Source: Vermamoeba vermiformis
Taxonomy: Eukaryota
Assembly (NCBI GenBank): GCA_045837725.1
Contig: JBEWZL010000113.1
Span: forward strand, 1-64,000
Reading direction: 5' to 3'
DNA: 64,000 bases
This document shows, piece by piece, positions 53,501-64,000 of this stretch (position 1 is the first letter of the stretch; every line of letters starts with the position of its first letter). The notes below the pieces were generated by a model, which did no database searches, was not told the origin of the DNA, and was given only the letters and a program-made list of their open reading frames with translations. A program made the translations under genes and the position numbers.

Positions 53501-56500
53501 TAACGTACATTCAATATCGTCCATAGTGAAATCAGAATCAGCTTCGGTGAATTTGTCCAATTTTTTGCCGAACAACACGTCCTCGCCTTGGCGCACAGTT
53601 TTTGAGCCCGACAAAGTGTTTTCACGCGTTTGCGGGTCATTTTCATCGATGTCGAGACTAGCCAGTTGTTGGGCTAAAAATAAAAAAGCATTAATAACAA
53701 TCGAAATATATTATTGTTGATAAATTCGAAGAAAAATAACAACGCTTTGGAACTTCAGCTTCGAAAACATAATATTTCCTTTTTTGGAAGAAACGCAGGA
53801 TCTGGATCTGTTTTTTTTTTAAGTGATACTTACTAATGCGTTCAAGACCGGCTAATTTCTTCGGCTTCAATTTCTTTTGTGGCGTAACAAAGTCCTTTTC
53901 AAAGTCATCGTCGCTTTCACTTTCTTTGAACTGATCCAACTTATTGGCAACATTTTCGCCGATCAATTCGTCATCGGAGTCCATCCGAGATTTCTTTGCA
54001 TTAATTGTTTTGGCTTTGAACACTTTCGGCTTCTTTTGAACGGGTGCTGGGACTTTGAAAAATTCTCCGGATTTGGAAGACATCTTTTGCTGAGTTTTCG
54101 GACTAATTTCCTTTTTTGGTGCGCCGCCCACAGGAGTCAGATCCAGCTTAGTAGTCAATTCGTCGACTTCTTTCCATTTATCCAAATCATTTTCTTGTGC
54201 CCCGTGAATTTGCAATTTTGGTTTTTTCGCGCCATCACTTGCCTTTTTTGTACCAGAAGTTGTTCCGCTGGCGGAAGTTTTTCCCGTTGAAATTTTCTTG
54301 CCGCTCAATTTTGCAGTTGACGAACTCGTTTTTGGTTTCTTTTTCTCGGGCTCTTCTTTCCATTTATCCAAATTTGAACCGCCAGATGCAGAACCGTGGC
54401 CACCACTTGACTTTAATTTACTTGGTGTGCTCGGGTCTTCTCCGGTTGGACTTTCCTTTTTCGGTCTCGGAGATTTTTTCTTCACCACTGTCCCGTTTAA
54501 AAAAAATTATTCAGTATAATTAATATTTGCGAATATTTTAGGCAAGGTTAACTAATAGGTATAATTGTTGTTAGAGAAATGGATTCAGATGGAATTATTA
54601 TTTTCACTGAACGAATTAATTAAAGTGTCACGTACCGTTCGGTGAAGTATTAATGGTACTTTCAGCGGCTTGAATGGCCATTTGAAAGGCTTGAATTTCG
54701 TTCTTTGCAGCATCGAGCGCAGTGTTTTGCTGGGCCAGTGCAGCTTTCGCTCGTCTGAGCCAGGGATGTTCCATCAATTTGATCGCACTCACGCGCAGAT
54801 TGACGTCTTTTTGAAAACACTGCATCAAGAAGTCTTTAAGGCCCTATAAATAACATATACGTTAATATCAATCTTTGCAAATATATTCTAATAAGCGCAT
54901 TAATAATACTATCAAACTGAACCGTAATGAAAAAACGAAATTTCCCGGTCGAATTTTTTTGCCTGGATCCGGCCATGGTTCGTTCATAAGGTGATTTACC
55001 AATAAAAATTCAAACGATATAAAGCAATTGATAATATATAATATAGATTAAGGCGTTGAGAATTAGTGCGTACCGTAGAAATGCCTTCAGGCAGCGGCGG
55101 ATGATCGTCGCTGTAAATCTTGTAGAGTGCAGTCGCGAAGGGCAAGTCAAAGTAGGGAGGCTTGCCAGTAGTGAGTTCAATCACCGTGCAGCCCAAACTC
55201 CAGATGTCACACGCTGTCGTCAGACCTCCTTTTTCCAGCGAGATCAACTCGGGGGCCACTGTGTAACAAAAACGATGATTAATATCTCGGTATTATTCAT
55301 GAAAAAAAATATATCGATATATTTCCAATTACAGCTAAAATATAACAAGAATTATTGAATTAAAAATTACGATAAAAAAAATAATTGAACAATCTATTTA
55401 ATGGAGCAGAGCTCATATAACACTATCAAATGATTATATAATAGTAATGTTAACACTAATGTATATATTCCGTATTTAATACGTACTCCAATACGGTGAG
55501 CCAGCAGGATCAGCGTCAGCACCAACAGAATCCAACTGTAATTCGCGTTAGTATTTCAGTGAAAAGAATAGTTGCAATATCATCAAGACATAGCTATAGC
55601 CTTATATGGCTACTGTGATATGATCTTGTACGTACTCTCGTGGCGACACCAAAATCAGCCAGTTTGACCGTGCCATCAGTTGAAATCAAAATATTTGCGC
55701 CTTTAATAGAATACTATATTTAGAACCACCGTATATAACTTTGCAAACATTTTTCTTCCCAATAAAAATTACCGCAAAGACTCGTCGCTTATTATTGTAT
55801 ATGAATTACACGTACCTTTAATATCACGATGGATCACACCCTGTTCGTGCAAATAAGTCAAGCCATCGAGTGCTTGGTACATATACGCTGCGACTAGCGT
55901 TTCGGGGAATATTCCGTGATGGCGCACCATATCAGCTAACGATCCGTTTTCAACGTATCTTTTAAATAGCAAAAATTCAGTACAGTCGATAGGAAAAATA
56001 ATATTATAATTTAGATATGATTGTATTATACGATAATAATAGATATTTTTGGAATTATTTGAATTAATTTGAATAAAAAATTCGGTTGGTGGATCGAGCT
56101 GAGAATTAATTTTTTGGTTGTATGACTTACTCCATAACGATAGATAGCTGTTTTTCAGTCCTATGATGATCGATATATTTGACAATATTCTTGTGGTGCA
56201 ATTCTTTTAAGAGCTCGATCTCCATCTAGTTCCCAGTCCAAAAAATTCATTAGTCTTTATTCATTGATAAGACACGTTAAATTTTAACATAAATAATTTA
56301 ATAATAAATATAGCGATATTAATATTACAGAATCAACCAAAATCTTACCATCAAAGCTGAGATTTGGGCCTTCGTTACTTTCCGTTTCAAATCGATTTGC
56401 TTTATAGCAACAAAACTGCCCCTTAATTGATGCACTGCTTTCCATACTCGACCATAGCCACCTTTACCGATTTCTCCAATCAAGATCTGGCATGTAAAAA

Positions 56501-56647
56501 ATAAATAATTATTTTAAAAATTACAGCGTTAATAATCCGCAGTATTATACGTACAAAATCAAGCACGCTGCCTTTATTTCCTAAATTTTGATTTTTTTCT
56601 TTGTCTTTCGGCTTCACCGGTTGCTTGTCTTTATTTTCTTTCTCCAT
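50504..56647 (-). CDS. sepA: SepA/Cdc7(S. pombe)/MAP3K-epsilon-type Ser/Thr kinase with C-terminal ARM-like repeats
   Basis: [94 protein letters not shown] region with [18 protein letters not shown] and [14 protein letters not shown]. Confidence 0.85.
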
Positions 56648-56883
56648 CTCGCCGCAAAATTCTCAACGAATCAGCTAGATGCGCAACAATCATCAACCCA
56701 ATATTAATAAATATATACACAAGGTTATATTGTCGATAAATAAATAATAATAAACCAAGTTTCCGTTACAAACAAACGTCACGCTAAAAACCTGCGAGAA
56801 ATTTGCCCGCTGTAAAATTATCAAAATCTTTTTGTTGATATCGCTTTGTATAATATGCGACACCTATAAGCATATTTTGTTTG

Positions 56884-57880
56884 ATGCAAGCTACTCATCC
56901 TTGGGTTGATTTCGTCAGATCTAATGATACGCAGCAAATAATCACTTATTGCAGCCAAAACGACGTTAGTCAGCTTATTAATTTGCAAGATGCACGAAAT
57001 TTAAGCACAGGTATTATATTTAGATATTTATATCTAATTTGCACGAAGGGAAAGTCAAATCTGATCGTGCCCTCATCTCAATCTACCTTCCATAATTATG
57101 TTAATCTTTAAAGCTAATATTTTTCGCTTAGCACTCCATATTGCAGTGTCTCAAAACAACGAAGCCGTCGTGCAAATTTTATTTGAGAAAGGAGCGAATC
57201 CGTTTTTACGAGATGTCATTGGAAATACGCCTCTTGACCTTGCAGCCACTCAATCCCGATCAAATATGGTCTCTTTAATATTAAGATACTCAAGTCATTT
57301 GTCAGGTAAGTCCCCCAAAGATTAGATCCAAAAAGCGCGCCAAGTTTTCACAGCTGCTTTGGGTCTTCAAAAACCTTGACTAGCAATTGCCTATTAGTGA
57401 ATGGTATGATATTTATAATAGCAATTGGTAATTTATTATATTGTAGGCATTCCAAGCAACTACATCCAACAAGCAATCCGTTTTGCAAGATCTCGCCTCA
57501 GCAGCCTTAAACGATCTTCTGTAATCGTAGAAAATATAAGACGCGAGATTAATATCATAGTACAAAGCCTAAGCAAGTTCTCGCACGAGATTGGCGAGCA
57601 CGATACGGCCGATCAGCTCGATCTCATTAACCTGAAAGTACAGCAATTAAATATGGAGGCTATTAAGGAGCAAGATATTGACGATTTAGATTTAATGCTA
57701 AATAAATTAGCCATTAAATCGTATCCTAACACGAAACATAACAATTTCAGATCGACTAACGATCCAGAGTATCTTACGCTCAAAATTGTGTCTGAAGCTG
57801 CTAAGCGATGCATATTCGTAACTAAGTGGTACAAAGATTATTCAGATCATGATTGCCGTAAGGCGGGTCAATATTCGTAA
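56884..57880 (+). CDS. Small ankyrin-repeat protein
   Basis: INLQDARNLSTALHIAVSQNNEAVVQILFEKGANPFLRDVIGNTPLDLA across GT-AG introns, followed by a helical C-terminus. Confidence 0.75.
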
Positions 57881-57925
57881 CTACAATAATATTTATTTAT
57901 TTTTACTTTTTACAGGCAATTTTAA

Positions 57926-58309
57926 CTAGCAATCACCGCATGTGTGGTACTTGTAAGTTACTAATCTCGTACTGGTGACCAAGCTTGTTGATTCGCACAG
58001 TGTGTAGCAGCCAAATGCGTTCCGGTACTTGAAGCTGAATCCTTCTCTGGTGACCAAAGAGTTGAAGTCGCCATCGTTGTATTGGACGGCATCGTCGTAG
58101 ATAGTCTGGAAATGAATTTTTCCATTCGCATCCGAAGATGTGATCTTAACGAGTCTAGTTTTACCAGGGCCTGGCTGCGTAATTGTCACGTTGTACAATC
58201 CTCCGTCCGGCATGACTGTAGATGCGTGGACAACCGGGTTCTGATCGGCGTACGCGAGAATGGCCGAAAAAGAAAGAAGACCGAGTAAAATAAGGAGTTG
58301 TGTTGTCAT
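57926..58309 (-). CDS. Small secreted, intronless, Cys-containing hypothetical protein
   Basis: MTTQLLILLGLLSFSAILAYA signal peptide; 127-aa ORF with four Cys (GCYTLCE, HTCGDC). Confidence 0.6.
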   Translation of the reverse strand: MTTQLLILLGLLSFSAILAYADQNPVVHASTVMPDGGLYNVTITQPGPGKTRLVKITSSDANGKIHFQTIYDDAVQYNDGDFNSLVTREGFSFKYRNAFGCYTLCESTSLVTSTRLVTYKYHTCGDC

Positions 58310-58655
58310 GTTTTGTTTTAAAATCTGTACACATTTTGTCGAATTTATGTTTTTTGCCACGCGCCTTCCGAAGGTTAGGTCGCTTCTGGAATAGGTTCTG
58401 AAAGTCCATAGTAGGAAATCGATTTTTAATGATTCTTATTTTTTTCAGCAGGTCGACTGAAATGTCTACCGAACTTTCGATTAACCCACGAGGAAGCTTC
58501 TGTAAAGCGGTGATTCGAAAATTAATAGGGACTGGTATTCTGTATGATCAAATGCCGACGATAATCGTTTTATTAATCAACATTCGTTCAACTAACAAGT
58601 GTAAAATCCTGTCCAAGATTGACAAGCGCAATAAATCTGCATCGCAAAAGCCTCC

Positions 58656-61600
58656 CTAATTCAAGCCAAATAAGGAGACAGTCGCTGAAAGGACCAAAAA
58701 GAAAATCAACGTCGGAATGGTTGAAGGGAACTGCGACGGTGCGGATGAGAATAAGAAATTCCACTGCCAACTTGAATAACGCTCGTCGATTTCGTTTTTG
58801 CGCTCAAATTTGTTGTCTTTGTCTTCTTCAATCTCCAACATCTATCAAAAGCAATCGGTACATAAATAACTAACCAAATACTAATTTTAAGATCTGAAAA
58901 AACTTACGTCTTTCTGTGCTCTATTTAGCAAAACGATCATTGAAGAGTAAGGAGTCACAATTGAATGCTTGATAGCCACTATAATACAAAAGTTAACTAC
59001 GGTGCAATTTTTTAAATGCCGGGATCCGAGACGTACCTTCATGAACTTTCTCCAATGGATTTATAACCTCACCGTCTTCATCAACGTGCATTCTATTTTC
59101 ACGAAGATACTTTTGCATGTATTTCTTGGCTGCAAATTTCAACAGCGAATCGCTGCACGGTTTCATATCGGTTTCATGAAGCGAATCTTTGCCCGGGATA
59201 TAGCGCAAGATAACGTCTTCAACACTTAATGCTACCTTAGCATCGTTGATGAATAGCGCTTCCGTAGTAAAATCTTGGAATTTGTTCGGATATTTTCCGT
59301 TCAAATGAACCATCCAAAAATCTCCGCCTTTAAAGTATATTTCTAAATTAGGCAAGTCCGCGTAAGCCAGATATTTGTACTCACGTGCAAGGCCTTGTGG
59401 TTGCTCGCTTCGTTTATAGTAAGGATCAATTGTACCTTCATCGGTTAACAGAATTGTAATGTCGTAAGTGGCGTTCAAACTAAAAAAACCAAGTCAGGAA
59501 ACTGGTTTGGAACTGCGAATAATAACATACTGCGCCTTGCTCAATACAAGCTCGTCATAATTAGTGCTTCCTAAGAATATAATGTCTTTCTTCTTTAGCG
59601 GCAATTTTACTTTTGCGAATGAAGTCGGATATGGCAAACACTCCGTCATAGTGCACGTAGTAACTCTTCGGCGAGCAGTAAATACATCAATGGTGCCAAA
59701 TTTTTGTTGCAGATTTGTTACGGCTTCAAGAACTGAGTTCTCGTACACTCGCATGCTATTTTAATTGTAAGAATAAATTCGCGGAATTTTTATCGCAATA
59801 TTTTCGTACCTGTACGAAGCATCAATAACGACAGCTACTGTGGTAGTTTCAGGATCAAACATCTTCTTATCACTACCAGCAACTACGACGCGTTCATTGT
59901 TGATTATCATAGTGCACGATTGCGCATCCGTCTTTCGCGGCAATTTGACTGATAATTTTGGCATCCAGCTATCAAATTCACTTCTAAAATAATGAATAAG
60001 TTCATATAATCTACATGAATAATACGTACTTGGTCTCGGTACTGTTGAAGATAATAGTTGTTTCTTTCAATGAATGCGAAATAACGCCATCAGCTCGCAA
60101 TAACGTAGGCAAAGGAACTTCTCCGGACTCCGTTTTGCTGAAACTAGTAATATACCATATATGAATAAGCATAATAAATAATCAAAATTTTGTCCAATGA
60201 TACGTACTCGTACGTCATCCACATGTGCATTACATTTGAGTGCGTGGGAATAGGATAGACCCTGATATATAGATATAGGTTAGATAAAGGTTTTAAATAA
60301 AAGAACGAGCATATTACTTCAAACGGTATTGTACTGGACCAACTTGTTCGAGTAGTGCCGGATCCACTCTTCGTTCTTTCAGTTTGTCGTACACCTAAGC
60401 TCACAAAATTAGAAAAATATTATAATACATTATGTATATTATCAAATACATATTATAGGAAACTTACTCTTTGCGCGGCTCCGCGCGGCGAGACCAAGTA
60501 CTTGTGGCCTTGCAATCTGGTTCTTATTAGCAATCCATCTATTTGTATCATATCTAATGTATAAGCCTTACTTGTTAGGTTTCATGTCTTTTGGTATTTC
60601 TTGGAACCAAACTCCGGTCAAGATGCAGTTCTCGGGCAAGTTGAAAAGATAAGAAACTTCCTGCTTACCCTAAATTAGTAATCGTTCCAAGAAATAATAT
60701 ATTAATTGTTACTACATACCTGATTCCAATGGTTGGAGTTGTATGATTCATGAATTTCAACGGATCCGGTGTCGTCTGCATTTGGCGTTAGCCCATAGAA
60801 TAGTACAATAATAAAATGACCATATATATACATACCAGACAAATCGACTATATTAATGGACCTTTCGGTGATGGTCACGGTTCCATGATGGTGCTCGCCA
60901 TGGAAATTAAAGAGCTCATCGCTGATCAATAATTAATATCATTCAAACGACGTACTACCTTCATAATTATGGCGTGTACTTACCTCACCATTGCGTCATC
61001 AAAGAAAGTATGATAGAGTTTAACTGCTGCTTGTTTAGTCCTTGGATAAGTTGGGCGTAACAACTTCGTAAGAGGAGGACTAAATTTCATTTCAAATCGT
61101 TAATAAAATGATCATTTGTCTTTAGAATGCGTGGCTTACATTCCGATGATATCGTCATAAAACCAAAATAATAGAGAACTGCGTCGGTAGTCAGGCTTAG
61201 TTCTTGTCGTGTCTGAAATCAAACCTGCATAACGATTATTAATTAGAACGTTCTTTTACGTAAAATAGTATTATTGTTATGTTACCTGCTCTAATACGAG
61301 TAGCGTTGCTGTATATACTTCTGTCAGTGAGCTCGTTTGACTCGAAGCGTTCATGAAACTCGTCAAAGGTCCATTCTGGCGCCTAACCAAAAAAACTATT
61401 AATCATGTATAAGGATTGTATTTGGATGTACCTTTGTATTGTCTACTGCGAGTGTAAGTTGAGAAACACAAAGGAAGAGAAGCAACACTGACAATGTGAG
61501 AACAAAAGGTACGATCTCGAAATACTTCGTGCCTTGAGTCTCCTTTGGATCACTTTCGGAGCAAGATAGAATAAAGAGTTCCACGAAAACCTAAACTACG

Positions 61601-62323
61601 TTAGAAAAGTGCTGTTATTTTCATAACTATTCTTACGAAAGTTGCAACGGTTGGGATCCAAGGCCAATTGTCACTGCTGTAGTAACAGCCAACAGCAACT
61701 GGAACGCTAAAAATAATGTAAAATACCCAGCGGATGGTCTAAGAGTATTATTTTCGTTAGTTTAAGGCAAGGAGATTATCAAAAAGAGCGTACCAAAAAG
61801 ATCCGAGAAAACCAGTTGGATGTCGGCCTGAATCGTTCAAGGTTACAAATCTGCATATAAATATACATTGTATCTTATATTACCGTATTGGTTTCATCGC
61901 AAAAGTAAGTATAAAGATCGAAAACAACAAGCGACCTGACGCGAAGGTGTCACTTTTCTATTAACGACTAGCATGAGACTTACCAAAGAACGAGGCACTA
62001 GATAAGACAGAAGGTATGTTTACAAATCGGTGCAATGCTAACACTGAAGTCGGAAGAATGACCTCTGTCAGCCAAAGTGTCTTGAACTCGGATCTACGCA
62101 CGAGAGCAAACATACAGAGTACGTACTATTATTATTCGTTAGTAATTCGTTTTATATTGATTTTAGTACTTACGAAACCTAGAATTGACGCCAAGGCCGT
62201 TGTAAAGCGGTCCCATAGGAGATTCGAAAAGAAAAATTTGGCGGCAGGCCAAATCCAAGAGAATGAAGCCGAAGAGACGGCAAGAAACAATAACAACACC
62301 TTTTTCCACTCCTGTTGTGTCAT
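58656..62323 (-). CDS. Multi-exon hypothetical membrane protein (several N-terminal TM segments, large soluble region, possible C-terminal TM)
   Basis: Hydrophobic exons (KVLLLFLAVSSASFSWIW, WVFYIIFSVPVAVG, IVPFVLTLSVLLLFLCV). ORFs 59761-59964, 59494-59754, 58993-59478 and 58656-58841 are flanked by splice signals. No recognised domain; the 3' end is uncertain. Confidence 0.45.
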
Positions 62324-62778
62324 GTTTGCATATAAATAAGTTAAATTAAATCATTCACATCGCGTTAAATATCATTGATGTCGCAATGATTGTAAACTGC
62401 TTCTTCTGCAACGTAAGCCAATGAACCAAAATCTGACGTCAGAGGCTAATTGCTAGGTCCCTTCGCTTACGTCGTACTTCTAAATAAGGCAGCACTACCG
62501 AGTGCCATACACGGAGCCCATGTCGCCCTTTGAACTATCTCTGGCCACCGCACTAAATCCAATGATTGAGAGCAAATTAAAATACCTTCAATATTTATAT
62601 TTCTTTACGAAGAGTAATATTGAATTGGTAGCGCCAAATAATAAAAAAATTAAATGAAATCTGACAGATTCGATTCGTAGCGATTACAATAAATTAAGGT
62701 TACCACTGCGTTAAAATAGATGGTGATATTTATATTTATTATCACTAAAGTTGCAAAATGAACTGCAAAATAGTTTGC

Positions 62779-63527
62779 TTATTTGTTCATAACAGCCTTG
62801 TAGCCATCCGAAGCTTTGAAGCCGTGCAAAGGAGCGAATAACTCGGCGTAGAACGGCAACTGAGCTAGTTTTGCGAGCCAAGCCTCGATCTTCGGATACG
62901 CTTTCAAGTCGTGGAGTTCCAAGTCTCTAAGTTGAAGAATTTCTGAGCCAAGAGCAAGATCGGCAATAGTAGCATTAGCACCAGCGAGGAATTCGTTGGG
63001 CTTGAGTTCGAGTTCAAGAATGGCCAACGCCTTAACCATCTCTGCGGTTCTTTCTTTCAAAGGAGTCTCGCAGTCGATATGAGGACCAACTAACATCTTG
63101 GCAAAGAAGCGATAGAAAGTCTGAGGCATGACCGTTTGGCGAATCTGGTACAAAAAAAAAGGTAAGCAGTTAGAACAATTAGCCTTTACCCCAAAAAAAT
63201 GTTAAAAATTGCGCTTACGTTAGTGTGGAACCAGTTCAACCATTGATTGACTTTAGCGCGTTGCTTCAAGTCGGTCGGGTACATCTGGGTCAATCCGAAT
63301 TTTTCGGCGATGTACTGCATGATGGAGTTACTCTCGTAAAGAATGAAATCACCATCGACGAGCACAGGAATACGACCGTTAGGGTTAATCTTCAAGAAAG
63401 CTTCGGTTCTATGTTGTCCAGTGACCAAATCCACCATCTTGGGTTCGTACTGGATGTTGTTCGACTTCAGGAGCCATTCCACGGCGCGAGAAGGTTGAGA
63501 CAAAGGGTGAGTGTATAATTGAAGCAT
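62779..63527 (-). CDS. Glutathione S-transferase, theta class
   Basis: SQPSRAV, FLKINPNGRIPVLVDGDFILYESNSIMQY, YPTDLKQRAKVNQWLNW, FLAGANATIADL; one intron. Confidence 0.92.
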
Positions 63528-64000
63528 TGTGGTTACTGGTTAAACGTGGCAAAAAACACAAACCGTTTGAACTTTTTTGGTCGATTTCTCGTCTCACCCA
63601 GGCCCTCACTCAGTGTACTTCCCACTCTATAGAGTTTATCCTTCCGTAGTAATTTAATCAACTGCAATATCGAGATCGCAAGCGAGGATAGAGGTTCCAG
63701 CAAAATAGATCTGCTTCATGGAAAAGGCAAGCCAACTTCTAAATTAGGAAATACTTTCTTTGAATTTTCTGAGCTTCTTGAATTTACATCGCGTGCCGCA
63801 CGGTCCATCTGTTGCTACAAAAAGTTCCAAAACTATAGTTTATAAGCTGCCCGCGATTTATCTATAACTATACCACGAAAATAATTGCAGTAGCTATTTC
63901 AATAATCAAAGTTTAAATCCGAAGAAAAAAGAACCGTATAATACAAATAAATTACTATGTATAAGCTGTGGATTGGTTTACCGCGTATTTGTGTGTTGCG

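Overview
Gene-dense, intron-rich eukaryotic DNA. Introns are mostly about 50-150 nt GT-AG. The gene content (SepA/Cdc7-type kinase, CSN2, receptor tyrosine-kinase-like genes, Rab, RhoGEF) fits a free-living protist, probably an amoebozoan; this is inference. I stitched the ORF fragments by eye into about 20 multi-exon genes. They include an F-box/histone-fold/LRR gene, an LRR gene, a cell-surface cluster (triple DNRLRE/CBM96-like protein, two beta-propeller paralogs, a bacterial-like TIM-barrel/PKD protein), an ATG26-type sterol glucosyltransferase, three tandem receptor kinases, a Rab, a Crinkler/RHS-type SAM-NTPase-nuclease gene, a RhoGEF, CSN2, an intronless GNAT, a SepA-like kinase, an ankyrin protein and a theta GST. 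Four observations stand out. (1) The SAM + P-loop NTPase + PD-(D/E)xK nuclease gene has a mitochondrial-presequence-like N-terminus, and its NTPase-nuclease half is strongly CpG-depleted. (2) The receptor-kinase array has near-identical cytoplasmic halves but highly divergent ectodomains. (3) The sterol glucosyltransferase is fused to two aegerolysin-like domains. (4) A histone H4-like fold sits inside an F-box/LRR protein. I recognised no tRNA, rRNA, CRISPR array or intact transposon. All exon boundaries and domain calls are manual and unverified by search.
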